Positions 1 to 10,819 of a stretch of DNA of 64,000 nt are shown piece by piece. Under the pieces are notes generated by a model. It was not told the origin of the DNA. It searched no databases and worked only from the letters and a program-made list of their open reading frames with translations. Every line of letters begins with the position of its first letter. Position 1 is the first letter of the stretch. The stretch comes from Pelagomonas calceolata (Eukaryota). The position numbers and the translations under genes are program-made. The DNA is taken from assembly GCA_918797485.1 (NCBI GenBank), contig CAKKNE010000001.1:2108001-2172000 (forward strand), given 5' to 3'.

Positions 1-169
1 CGTTCTTCAGGTCCGGACGGCTTCCTGGGGGAACCATACTCGTGGGAGCGGCGACGCGTGGTGGCGGCCGACCTCTTCGCAAGTCTTGACGTATTGTTTG
101 CAACCCCGCGAGCATGTCTTGCGCCCGGCCCGAGGCCGCGCGGCGGATAGTTATTCCAATATAATATAC

Positions 170-984
170 TTACTCTTCCGCGGATTTAAGCTCGACCTCG
201 ATGGCCTCGCCGACCTTGCGGAACCGCTCCTGGACCATCGCGACGAGCAGGTCCGCGCGGCCGCCCAGCTTCGCGTAGGTGCCGTGGGCCTGGATCGTGA
301 CCTTCTTGACCTGCGCATAAACCGACCAGTGAGCGGACCGGTCCACGAGACGAAGACGTCGCACCGAAATTGATTTTGGGACGCGGCGTGTTCGTGCCCC
401 GAAAGCGACGGCCATCGCGACAATCTCCCACGCCGCCCACACGGGCGGCGGGAGCAATTTGGCCTCCGCCTCCGAGAGCGGAGTCGATACCCAACCTGCG
501 CCGCAATATGAACGCGCGCACGGGCGAAAATTACACAGCCGCCACCAGCCCCGGTCCTCATCTCGTCACCGTCCGGCAGGCAGCCGTCGACGACGGCAAT
601 AATATGCCGCGGGAACACCGGCGCCTGGCACCGCAGTTCTAGCGCCCGCTTCGCCTCCTCGAAAAACTTGGTCTCGGCCGTCGCAAAATCCGGTTTCGCC
701 CGGTCGGCGACCCAAACCTCCAGGGCCAGAGGCTCTTCGCAGGTGGCGAGGACGCACGAGGCGTCTGCTTTCACGCCTGGATACGCGCCGAGCAATACGG
801 CTCGTTGCGGCACGAAGTGGACGGCTTTGCGGCCTGGGACAATGTCACAGTCACTCCTCCAAAAGTGTCGTGTACCGTTGCCGCCTTCCGTCCAGCGGTA
901 ACCGCCTTGCTCGTAGACGTTCTGAGGAGGGCCGTTCGGCACGCGTGCGGTCGTGAAGGCGACGGGAGCCGTCTGGTTTTGCAT
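170..984 (-). CDS. Hypothetical protein, probably 2 exons (intron acceptor near 496)
   Basis: MQNQTAPV... frame switches to ...WVSTPLSEAEAKLLPPPVWAAW...KSAEE* after a GCGCAG acceptor; no recognisable domain. Confidence 0.4.
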
Positions 985-1282
985 GCCCCAACCAAGCAAT
1001 GCAAGGCAAATGGATACAGGAAACCCGCGGCGCGGAACGTTAGGAGACGCGTGCAGGCTGTCGCAGGCGCTCCCGACGCTTCGCAAACGCCGCGAGGCCA
1101 ACGCCAATCGCGCGGTATTTTTGGTCGGACGCGGCGACTTGGCTCTATATATATTCGAATTCTGCATTACTCGGGACTTCTAACCGGCGCACGAGGCGGC
1201 TGCATTATGGTATCGTAGTTCTGTGAATTAGCGCCATGCGAGGAATAACGGCCGCGACGCCGCGCGACGACTCCTGGTCCGT

Positions 1283-3319
1283 CTACAAGACGCGCAGCTC
1301 GTCCGCCCGGACAGTCTCCCTGAAGCAGCCCTTGTCGAAGAAGACGATGAACACGCCCGGCGTGTCCTCGGCCTCGACGACGCCCTCGCGCCCGTACTTC
1401 ATCCAGACGACGCGGTCGCCGACTGCAGCCTCTCGCTGGAAGCGCCGCTTCGGCGGCGGCGGCGCGTCGACGACCCTAGGCCGCTTGTCTCCGCGGCTCG
1501 ACCGGCGCGCCGGCTTGGCCGACGCGAAGAAGGCGTCCAGCTGAGCGTGGCTGGGCGACGGCCGCCGCGCGATGGGCGGCCGCCGCGCGCCCGCCGCAAA
1601 CCGCCGCGCTGTTCGGGGCGCGGCGACCGCGTCCTTCTGCTTCTGCTCCTCGTGGGCCTTGGCGTCGGCGCGGTCGATGTCGCGCACGAGCTCTTCAGCC
1701 CGCTCCGCGCCCAGGCCGAGCGGCCCCAACAAGGCCACGAGCGACTTCACGGCGTCGCCGTCGTGCGGACCCGCCGACGTTATCATCCTTTGCCGCGCCT
1801 TGAGCCGGGCCGTGGCGTCGCGCGAGGCGATGGGCCGCTCGCCCTGCGACGGCGCCGGCGTCGGCGCCGGGGCGTCGCCCGACTCCGTGCGCGGCGCTTC
1901 GGGCGACACCACGTCCACGTCCATGGGCTGCGTCGCGTCCGGCGCCGGCGCCGGCGCCGGCCCCGCAGCGGCCATCGCCGCCGCCGCGATCTTGTTGAGG
2001 ACGCGCGTCGCGGGCGCGAACAGTTTGGGGCCCGTTTCTCTGCTGAAGCCCTCGGCCTTCTTCGTCGGCTTGGGCAGCACGTCGGCCGGGAGGAAGGACG
2101 CCAGGGCGGCCGCGAGGGCGTCGTAGGCCTCGCCCAGGCCTTTCATGCCATCCGCGTCACTAGCACGTGCTCGCGCCTTGGCGTCGTCCAGATGCGCGTA
2201 TGACCGCGGTTCGCGCCGCGCCGCCGGCGCGAACACGCCGGCGAGCAGACCACCAGCGAGTTTCGCCCTTAAGACCTCCGTCGCGAGCTGAACCAATCCT
2301 TCGCGCGTCGGTTTGCGCCGTCCGTTGGTAGACGCCGCTGCCGTGACAGCGCCATCCCCTAGCCCGCAGCACTCCGTCGCGACGGACACGAGCGCGGCGC
2401 GGAACGCCGCCTCGTCCGTCTTCGCCACGTCGCGCTTGTGGCCGTCGCGCTGTGGCCGCTCCGAATCATACTCGACCTTGCGCAAGCGCTGCAATTCCGT
2501 CGCCCACTCCGGCGTCTCGCACGCGCTCGACGCGTTCTTCACGCAGAACTGCGAGGGGACGACGCGTTGACGCACGCGCGTGATGCTCAGGGACGCAGGC
2601 GCACGCACCTCTACCGCTTGCTTCTCGTTCATCCCTCCAGAAGTCTGGAGGGCCTCGCAGGTCGAATCCAACGCGGCGGCCTTGTAGCCGAGTGGACCGG
2701 CCGGTTCCGCAAACTCGGGCCGGATGCCGGGGCAGGTCCATGGCCCGCTCCACGAGGACGTCTTCTTCTCGTCCTTCGCCGCCGACGGCTCTTTTTTTGG
2801 GGCCTCCGGGGCGGCGGGCTCCTGCTTCACCGCCGCCGGCTCTATTTTGAGGGCCTCCGGGGCGGTCGCCGGGGCGGGCGCCGGGGCGGCCGCCGGGGCG
2901 GGCGCCGGGGCGGCCGCCGGGGCGGGCGCGACAGCCTTTTCGCCGAGGCCCTCGGGCTTCGCGTCGGCCACGCCCTTCTTCGACGCCTTGCTACCGCCGC
3001 CTCGCGGCCCGAACGAGGCGTGGACCGTCGAATCTAATTGCTGGACCGCGACGTCTGCTCCTCCGGGCCCGAGACTCGCCATGATGCCTTGCACGACGTC
3101 GGCGCCATCGGCGGCGTTCAATAAACGGACGGTGCCGTCGGCGACGAGCGGTATGCCCGGCTGCTTCTCGGCGGACTTCGCAGCAGCGCCGGAAAGGCAA
3201 ATCGCAGCTACTCCGGATACGAGGCGGCTCGGCGACGCTGCAGCGATGCCGGCGGCCAACGGCTGCGCGTACGCCGCGCAGCGGCGCGTCAACGTGATGA
3301 AGGTCAGGGCGCGTAGCAT
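1283..3319 (-). CDS. Hypothetical Ala/Pro-rich protein with C-terminal SH3/Tudor-like barrel
   Basis: Long uninterrupted ORF; APAPAA repeats; C-terminus AVGDRVVWMKYGREGVVEAEDTPGVFIVFFDKG. Confidence 0.55.
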   Translation of the reverse strand: MLRALTFITLTRRCAAYAQPLAAGIAAASPSRLVSGVAAICLSGAAAKSAEKQPGIPLVADGTVRLLNAADGADVVQGIMASLGPGGADVAVQQLDSTVHASFGPRGGGSKASKKGVADAKPEGLGEKAVAPAPAAAPAPAPAAAPAPAPATAPEALKIEPAAVKQEPAAPEAPKKEPSAAKDEKKTSSWSGPWTCPGIRPEFAEPAGPLGYKAAALDSTCEALQTSGGMNEKQAVEVRAPASLSITRVRQRVVPSQFCVKNASSACETPEWATELQRLRKVEYDSERPQRDGHKRDVAKTDEAAFRAALVSVATECCGLGDGAVTAAASTNGRRKPTREGLVQLATEVLRAKLAGGLLAGVFAPAARREPRSYAHLDDAKARARASDADGMKGLGEAYDALAAALASFLPADVLPKPTKKAEGFSRETGPKLFAPATRVLNKIAAAAMAAAGPAPAPAPDATQPMDVDVVSPEAPRTESGDAPAPTPAPSQGERPIASRDATARLKARQRMITSAGPHDGDAVKSLVALLGPLGLGAERAEELVRDIDRADAKAHEEQKQKDAVAAPRTARRFAAGARRPPIARRPSPSHAQLDAFFASAKPARRSSRGDKRPRVVDAPPPPKRRFQREAAVGDRVVWMKYGREGVVEAEDTPGVFIVFFDKGCFRETVRADELRVL

Positions 3320-4233
3320 ATCTTGCAAGGAATGACGCTGAACGCTTGAGGATTGCCAAAGCAAAGAGCTAGCGTACAATAGGACACTAGCAGCGCGACA
3401 GGTCCGGGCAGGCTTCCTGAGGGACCCTGGTATTTTTATCCGATTCTTTGGCTAGCAAGTTGGAGGAGCGAACAGACACACTAGCTCGGGTCATGTGATG
3501 GGATTGGACTCAAAAACGCGCGGGACGGCGGACCCCGAGCATCCCTCCGCACGCCATCGCCGCGCCACACAAGAACCGATATAACAAGAACCACATCTAT
3601 ACTCGGTGGGGCGCGCTCGCGCGCGGGGATGGGATCACGGCGCCGGACCGTGCTTGAACGACGTCGGGTTCGTGGGCGGCGTCGGCGCGAACACGTCGGC
3701 CATCTTCGGCGACCGGAGCGAGAGGGCCGAACTTCGGGACGCGCAGACCATGGCTAGAGTTGGGATCGAGGGGTGCGTCGGCTTTTCTCGAACAGTTTCC
3801 ACGAACCCTTGTAACACATCCCTCTGCAATTTGCCCGCTCGCGCTTCGCCTACTGGTGACGGGGGCCGTTCCGACGCCGACCGCTCCAGCAGACACAAGT
3901 CATCAAATGATCTGGAAGTGATCCGAGGCCGTAAGGTAGAAGGATTCGACCGACCGACCGTATGGGCCACGGGAGCCCGCGAAATTTGTCCGCGACATCC
4001 GTCTCCGGAGTCTATACGCCGTCGAGGTTCCATAAAGAGGGCTCTCGGTCGCTACGACGCGACGCCAAAATTCATCAAAACTTTTGGCACATCAGGCCGC
4101 AAAAGCGGTTGTGTATCTCGCCGGCACGCAGCCAGAACTGGACGGCGCGGGCGCAGGACTCCTCCGGACCATCGATTCGGCCCGTGGGCAGCGCGTCGGC
4201 CCGCGGCGCGACCGCTGGGCCCGCCCACCAAAA

Positions 4234-7051
4234 ATGGCCGGCCAACCGGCCATGCGAGCGCCGCGGCGCCGCGCCGCATCGACGGCGCGGCTCGGCGCGC
4301 TGCTGGCCGCGCTGCCGGCGGCCGCCGCGCGGCCCTACCTCGGCGCGTGGGTGCGCAACGACTCGCTGGCGCCGACCTTCGACCGGCGGCTCCTGAGCTA
4401 CGCGCCCCACTTCCACGAGGCCCAGATGGGCCGCAACCGCAAGTGCGACACCGGCCACGACGTGTCCTGGCGCTGGGCTTGGTTTGCTTGCCGCGTCCCC
4501 TTTCCCGTCTTCATGATCTCTGATGGCTGAGCCCGCTTCGGGTCCCCGACGAGAGATATACCCCCCAGACGCCATCGACGCGCCGCTACGCCATCGACGC
4601 GATCCACGCGCACGCAGGAAACCCGTCGGCAAGAAAAGGCCGATGAAGCTGAAGTCGGGCGACGGGCTGTGCGACGCGCTGCGCGGCGTGCGCGTCATCA
4701 ACATCGGCGACTCGCTGACGCACCAGCTCGTCGAGACTTGGTGCGTATGCCGCGTCCCTTTTTTCCCCCGTCTTCTTGATCTGAGGCGTCCCGCGGCCTG
4801 ACGGTAGAGTTATCTTGGAGCCGACCACGACGCCATCGACGCGCATTTACGCCATCGACGCGACCCGCTACGAAACGCAGGCGAGCGCGGCGCATCGCGT
4901 CGTCGTGGCCGGTCCCCGACGGCTACGCCTACAAAAAGAGCGAGGAGGGCCACCTGTCCAAAGAGATCGACCTGGCGAACGAGTTCGCGCGCCAGACGCG
5001 CGGCGGCCGGCGGCGGCGGCGCCTCGGCCCGCACAAGGAGGCGCGCGAAGCTGCCGAGCGCGAGGCGCGGCAGCGTTCCGACGCCGACGAGCAATGCGCG
5101 AACGGGGCCACGTTCCAGTTCATCGAGCCGCAGCGGCCTTGGAGCCTCGTCCCCTGGGCCTTCCAGGAGCACGACCCGAGCGTGGCCAAGTGCGGCGTGG
5201 CCTTCCGGAACCAGACGCGCGACTTCGCGACGCACTTTTGCCGCGTCCAGCCTTTCCCTTCTGTCGCGGTGGCCGGGCCCGCGGAGCCGACGGTCGAGCT
5301 CACTCCACGCCGTCGCCGCGACGCTCGAACTTTTCGATCTGTGCTCTGTCGCGGTGGCCGAGCCGCGGAGACGACGGTCGAGCCCACGAGAGAGCCCACG
5401 GCTGAGCCTCGGACCCCCTCCACGCCATCGCCGCGACGCTCAAACAACCGCAGGCACAAGGCGAGCGAGTTGTCGGTCTGGCGGGCGGTCTTCGGCAAGG
5501 GCGCGATCGAGAAGGACAAGAAGAAGCGCGAGAAGCGGAAGCAGCGGCACAAGGCCGAGCGCACGCGCATGGCCGTGGTCTACAACTGCTTCGCGCACCT
5601 CGAGAGCATCGCGCGTTTCCCGCGTCCTGTTGGTTCTTGTGTCTTCGTCCTTCTGGCGCGGTGCCGAGCCCGCCTGGCGTGGACCTATCCACATGACTTT
5701 GCAATCACGAGAGACATTCTACCGCCCAACACGCCATCGACGCAGGCGCTCGAGGTCATGAACTGCTACGCCGAGGAGGCGCCCGACCGCTTCCCGACGT
5801 CCGCTTGCCGGCGTGGTGTTGTTTCTCGTGGCCTTTCGACGCGTTGATTTCCACACAGGCGCGCGGCGGCGCACAAGCTCGCGCTCGCCGACGTCGTCGC
5901 GTGGTGGCGCTTCGAGCTCGCCGCCATGGCCCGCGCGCTGCGCACGTCGGCGGACCGGGCGCGTTTCCCGCGTCCTTTTTTTGTGTCTTCGTCCTTGTGG
6001 CGTCGCGCTCGCAACGAGGACTTGGGGCGGTTACGGGGCAGTCGTCGAGGCCGCAGTACGACGCTATATCCAGATGAAATGTTTGGCACTCCTGGATGGG
6101 CCCTTCGTCGTCGGAACCAAAGGCCGGGTTGGGCGCGGGAAGAACGCCGGCCACCACGAGCGACGACCGAGCCCTGACCCGTCGCGGTGGCCGAGCACAA
6201 CACGCCGTCGACGCAGGCGCGGGACGAGCTCGGCATCGAGCTCCGGTCGTTCTACCGCACGTCGCCGCCGGCCGCGGACCGCTGGGTGCACCGCGCGCGC
6301 TACGAGGTACGTTTTTTCGGCGTCCTTTGCTGTGGCCCGGGCGGCCGTCCTTCGCCGAGCTTCGACCCGTCGGCCGGACCCCGCCGCGCGGTGGCCTGCG
6401 CCGGAGCTCACGGCTGAGCCGACTTCGGGTCCCCGACGAGAGAAAGACCCCCCCCAGACGCCATCGACGCGACCCGCTACAAAAAACGCAGGTGAAACGC
6501 GGCGACAAGGCGAAGCAGGCCCTCGCGCCCGCGCTGAAGTTCAAGGCGGTCGACGAGAAGGCGTTCGACAAGCTCGCGCGGAACGTCGAGCGGCTCGCGG
6601 CCGGGTCGGTGGCCACGACGGAGTTCGTGGCCCGTGTCCTTTTCTTGGTCACTTCGGGTCCACAACGAGAGATATACCCCAAGACGCCATCGCCGCGACG
6701 CGCCACCGACGCAGGTGGGCCCGGGCCGAGGGCGGCGGCGCCGCGGCGCCCCTCGCGGTGGTCGCGGAGCTGGCCTCGCCGCCGGCCGGCGAGGACGAGT
6801 ACGGCCACGAGGTCGTCGACGTGGCCAACGGCGCCGCGGCCGCGGCCTTCCTCGCCGCGGGCCACGGGGTCATCGACGTCGCGGCCATGCTCGGCCTGCG
6901 CGTCGACGCGCACCCCGGGTCGACCGCGGGCGGCACGGACGGCCTCCACTTCTGCATGCCGGGGCCGCTGGACTACGCGCTGGATCTCGTGTTGGCTCGC
7001 GTTGGCTCGGCGTTTGATTCCGTCGTTCCTGAGATTGATGCGCCCCATTAA
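4234..7051 (+). CDS. TBL/PC-esterase (SGNH-like) O-acyltransferase/esterase-like secreted protein, about 9 introns
   Basis: Hydrophobic N-terminus; IGDSLTHQ motif near 4700; DGLHFCMPGPLD (DxxHxCxPG) motif near 6940; exons separated by ...CGCAG/...CACAG-ending introns. Confidence 0.65.
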
Positions 7052-7066
7052 TTTTATCTGTAGTTT

Positions 7067-7519
7067 TTACTCTGGCGATTCCGGGGCGCCGCGTTCGACG
7101 GCCGCTTGCCCTTCAGCTTCCGCCTCTTGTAACTCAGCATTGGCCCGCGCCGCTTCAGCTCTCACCATTTCAGATTCGGCGTTAAGTTCTTGTCGCAGTC
7201 TCACGAAGCTCCGACCAGCCTCTAGGACATCTTGGTACGATTGCATTAACTTTACGTTCCGATCCATTTGTACAATGATGAGTTGCTCGCGTTCCTCGCA
7301 CGTCATTTTGGAAGCAACCTCTAAAAATTCCTTGACAAAGCGGCGAATCACAACCGCTTTGTCGCAGGTGACATAATCACTGTCACGGGTCCTTTGGTCT
7401 ACGACAAAGAAGCACTCCTTCACGACGGAAGCTACCCGCGCGAGCTGTCGCTTGTCTTTCACAGACGACGCATCGTATTTACCTTGAGAGAGCTCGACGA
7501 GGAACTGCAGGAGTATCAT
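7067..7519 (-). CDS. Hypothetical protein with C-terminal coiled coil
   Basis: ORF with ordinary amino-acid composition in a lower-GC segment; start uncertain. Confidence 0.35.
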   Translation of the reverse strand: MILLQFLVELSQGKYDASSVKDKRQLARVASVVKECFFVVDQRTRDSDYVTCDKAVVIRRFVKEFLEVASKMTCEEREQLIIVQMDRNVKLMQSYQDVLEAGRSFVRLRQELNAESEMVRAEAARANAELQEAEAEGQAAVERGAPESPE

Positions 7520-8464
7520 GTTGTCGCTCGCCGCTGCTGCGAAGCCGCCGCGCCCAGTTTTTTGGCGCTGGTGCAAGGTGTGCGAGTATGCAGGCGCGGC
7601 GAGGCTGCAGGCGATGCGCTAGGGCTTTGCTTTACGAGTGCACGGATGTCTACCTGGCGCACTGCTGGCTGCAATTGCCGAGTGTACGGCTGTGTCAGCA
7701 CACAATAGCGCGTAATAATGTTCGCGCAAGGCTCATGAATCTAGTATGTTTATACTAGTACTGGTACAGCAGTATCTCAATCTGGAACGACCGGACCCGC
7801 AGACCATCGACGCGAGACATTTTGAAGCGAACGAGGAGCCCTCCACGCGATCGACGCGACGGACTCCACGACGTCGCCGCGTCGTCATCGCACCGGGCGC
7901 GTCGGTAAATTCCTCGACCAAGGGCCGCGCTTGGCGCCCGCGAAACGACGGCGCCGTCGCGCGGGAGATGACGTCCGTGCGGCCCGCGCCTCGTTCGTGA
8001 TCATCGCAGGCGAGCCCAACCCGTCGCCACCACTCCAGCACGTAGAGGAGCAGTTATTCTTCGTACGTGGCGGCTTTTTCACGTGTGCGGCCTCGCGGAG
8101 CGAGTTCAGCACCGTCGTTCCGCGGCACCGTCGCGACGGCTGTGGGCTGGTCCGTTTTGCTCGTCTCGACGTCCGTCGAGGTCTGCGTCGCACGAGAGCG
8201 GGCGCGAGGGTTGGAAACGCGCCGGTCGCGTAGGCAGGCTTGCCGCGCACTGTGTTACGCGGCGCGGTGGTGTCAGCGCTGCGTGCGCGCGCGCTTTGGC
8301 CGCATTTGGGCTGCCATGCGTTTTTTGCTATTTGCTCCAAGTGAGGGCGCTCGTTTTGCAGGCGGCTTGGCGAGCTGTGGCGGGGAGCAGCCTTGTTTGG
8401 TTTTGGCGGTGTTTCTGACGCGCAAGCAGAATTTTGACCCGGGTTGCACGTCAAATCGGGAAAT

Positions 8465-8500
8465 TAGAGGGTCAAATCGAGAATCACGGGTTTTTTCTAT
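8465..8500 (+). promoter_or_regulatory. Candidate upstream Pol III element for tRNA-Pro(CGG)
   Basis: AGGGTCAAATCGAGAATCACGGGTTTTTTCTAT, closely similar to the element upstream of the permuted tRNA (11044-11080, -). Confidence 0.5.
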
Positions 8501-8565
8501 TGGGTATTCAGATGACACTGATTTTTTCGAATCATCTCTCCCAGCGCTCGTCGTCGCGAGCGCTG

Positions 8566-8661
8566 GGGAGCATGGTCTAGTGGCATGATTCATCCTTGGT
8601 AACAATGGAATCACTGCGCTTCGGGTGCGCGAGGTCGTGGGTTCGATTCCCGCTGTTCCCC
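8566..8661 (+). tRNA. tRNA-Pro(CGG) with 24-nt non-canonical intron at 27/28 (8592-8615), copy 1
   Basis: Acceptor GGGAGCA/TGTTCCC+C73; D arm GTCTAGTGGCATGAT; anticodon arm CGCGC-TTCGGGT-GCGCG after splicing; T arm GTGGG-TTCGATT-CCCGC; oligo-T downstream. Confidence 0.9.
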
Positions 8662-9002
8662 TTTGTTTTTTTTGCTTTTTTTGGCCTCTCCGCGCTCTAT
8701 CCTACGGGTTCCGACCGGAATCCGGCTCAACGGGCACAACGGGCGTCCGGCGTACACACGACGCGTAACGGGCGTGGTCGTGGTGGGCGTGGAAGCGGGG
8801 CTAGCTAGAACTCAGCGCTCGGGCGACGCTCGGCCGACTTCGGACGGCGGGCTAGCTAGTCCTCAGCCCTCTCGCAACCGACACATGCTTCGTGACGATG
8901 GAGCGTCCGGCCGGCGTCGGGCGCGACTGTTTTCTATTGGGTATTCAGATGACACTGATTTTTTCGAATCATCTCTCCCAGCGCTCGTCGTCGCGAGCGC
9001 TG

Positions 9003-9098
9003 GGGAGCATGGTCTAGTGGCATGATTCATCCTTGGTAACAATGGAATCACTGCGCTTCGGGTGCGCGAGGTCGTGGGTTCGATTCCCGCTGTTCCCC
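9003..9098 (+). tRNA. tRNA-Pro(CGG) with 27/28 intron, copy 2
   Basis: Identical to copy 1. Confidence 0.88.
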
Positions 9099-9363
9099 TT
9101 TGTTTTTTTGGCTTTTTTTGGCCTCTCCGCGCTCTATCCTACGGGTTCCGACCGGAATCCGGCTCAACGGGCACAACGGGCGTCCGGCGTACACACGACG
9201 CGTAACGGGCGTGGTCGTAGTCCTCAGCCCTCTCGCAACCGACACATGCTTCGTGACGATGGAGCGTCCGGCCGGCGTCGGGCGCGACTGTTTTCTATTG
9301 GGTATTCAGATGACACTGATTTTTTCGAATCATCTCTCCCAGCGCTCGTCGTCGCGAGCGCTG

Positions 9364-9459
9364 GGGAGCATGGTCTAGTGGCATGATTCATCCTTGGTAA
9401 CAATGGAATCACTGCGCTTCGGGTGCGCGAGGTCGTGGGTTCGATTCCCGCTGTTCCCC
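9364..9459 (+). tRNA. tRNA-Pro(CGG) with 27/28 intron, copy 3
   Basis: Identical to copy 1. Confidence 0.88.
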
Positions 9460-9794
9460 TTTGTTTTTTTTGCTTTTTTTGGCCTCTCCGCGCTCTATCC
9501 TACGGGTTCCGACCGGAATCCGGCTCAACGGGCACAACGGGCGTCCGGCGTACACACGACGCGTAACGGGCGTGGTCGTGGTGGGCGTGGAAGCGGGGCT
9601 AGCTAGAACTCAGCGCTCGGGCGACGCTCGGCCGACTTCGGACGGCGGGCTAGCTAGTCCTCAGCCCTCTCGCAACCGACACATGCTTCGTGACGATGGA
9701 GCGTCCGGCCGGCGTCGGGCGCGCCGGCTGCCAGCGTGGAACGCCAAATGATCGTCGAGCGGGGCGTGTTCAGAAAAGAAATACAACAGCGAAA

Positions 9795-10712
9795 TTAACG
9801 CACCCCATTCTCACGCCGTCCAGCAGCCACAAAAAGCGCCACCGCAAACGTCCCCAGCGCTGCGACTGACGCGACGGGCCGCGAGAACGCCGCGGGGTAG
9901 AACTCGCGGAGGCAATTGCGCTCCACGACGACCTTCGCGCCGACGGCGACCCAGTGCGCCGCGGCCGCGCGCGCGACACCGCGGCGGAGCACTTTTTGAT
10001 CAGCTGTCGCGAGCGAGAGCGCCGCCGCCGCGTATAGCACTGAAAAAGCGCCAAAGGCCCGCGAGAGACGCCGGCCCAGCATCGTCGGCAGCGTCGCGAG
10101 CGGGAACGGCGCCACCGCCGCGACGAGCGCCCAGCCCGCGAAGGCGAGCGCGACGGCCCGCCAGACCGTCGACTGCGAACTCCGCTTCGTGTTCGGCGAC
10201 GACACGTAGGCCGCGCCGCAGAGCAGTGCCGCGCTGCCGTGGACAGCGGCAGCAACTGCCCGCAGCGGCGCGGGGTAGGTGATGGCCGCGGAGTGCGCCA
10301 TGTGCGCGAGGCCGGGCGCGCGCGCCGCCGCCGTGGCCGTGAAACGCGGCGCGAAGACGACGGCAGCACAGAGCCAGGCCGACGCCGCGGCGAGGCCGAG
10401 CTGCACCGTGCGGTCTTCGGGAGCGGCCTCGAACGACGCGGTCAGCAGCGGTAGCGGCGTCAACGCTTGCAGGATGGACAGGCGCGCGTGCGCCGCAGGC
10501 AGCGCGAGCGTCGGATGCCGCGACAGCGCCGTGACGGCGCAGGCGGACCAGGCCGCGACGGAGGCCGCCGAGGCGAGGCGGTAGGCATTGCTCTGAGTGG
10601 GTGCAGCGGTGCTTGCGGCGCTCCGGCGGGTCGATCGCTGGCGTAGGCGCGTCGGCGGCGTCGAGAGGGCTTGTGCGTGCCCGGATAGGAGCAATACGAT
10701 TGCGCGTCGCAT
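9795..10712 (-). CDS. Probable plastid-targeted multi-pass membrane protein
   Basis: MRRAIVLLLSGHAQA-L + Ser/Arg-rich transit-like stretch; several hydrophobic helices. Confidence 0.6.
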   Translation of the reverse strand: MRRAIVLLLSGHAQALSTPPTRLRQRSTRRSAASTAAPTQSNAYRLASAASVAAWSACAVTALSRHPTLALPAAHARLSILQALTPLPLLTASFEAAPEDRTVQLGLAAASAWLCAAVVFAPRFTATAAARAPGLAHMAHSAAITYPAPLRAVAAAVHGSAALLCGAAYVSSPNTKRSSQSTVWRAVALAFAGWALVAAVAPFPLATLPTMLGRRLSRAFGAFSVLYAAAALSLATADQKVLRRGVARAAAAHWVAVGAKVVVERNCLREFYPAAFSRPVASVAALGTFAVALFVAAGRRENGVR

Positions 10713-10800
10713 GGCTGTGCGGTGTTCGAGGCGGACGGGAGGTTTGGGCGGCTCGGACCCCCCAAAATGCCAAAGGGGGGGGTCAAAGGACCAAAAAAAC

Positions 10801-10808
10801 AAAAAAAA
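10801..10808 (-). terminator. Pol III oligo-T terminator of the permuted tRNA
   Basis: T8 run on the minus strand about 11 nt after the 5'-half exon. Confidence 0.7.
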
Positions 10809-10819
10809 GAAGCACACAA

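Larger units (their letters stand above)
8491..9724 (+). repeat. Tandem triplication of a tRNA-containing unit (periods 437 and 361 bp)
   Basis: Near-identical units starting TTTTCTATTGGG at ~8493, ~8930, ~9291; unit 2 lacks 76 bp. Confidence 0.95.

Noticed and set aside
7733..8450. Possible gene between 7.7 and 8.4 kb
   Set aside because: No frame with convincing composition or motifs; could not build a model
8491..9724. CRISPR-like array or repeated small ORFs (MVTMESLRFG..., MIPLLPRM...)
   Set aside because: Units are long near-identical duplications without unique spacers; the ORFs are read-throughs of tRNA genes
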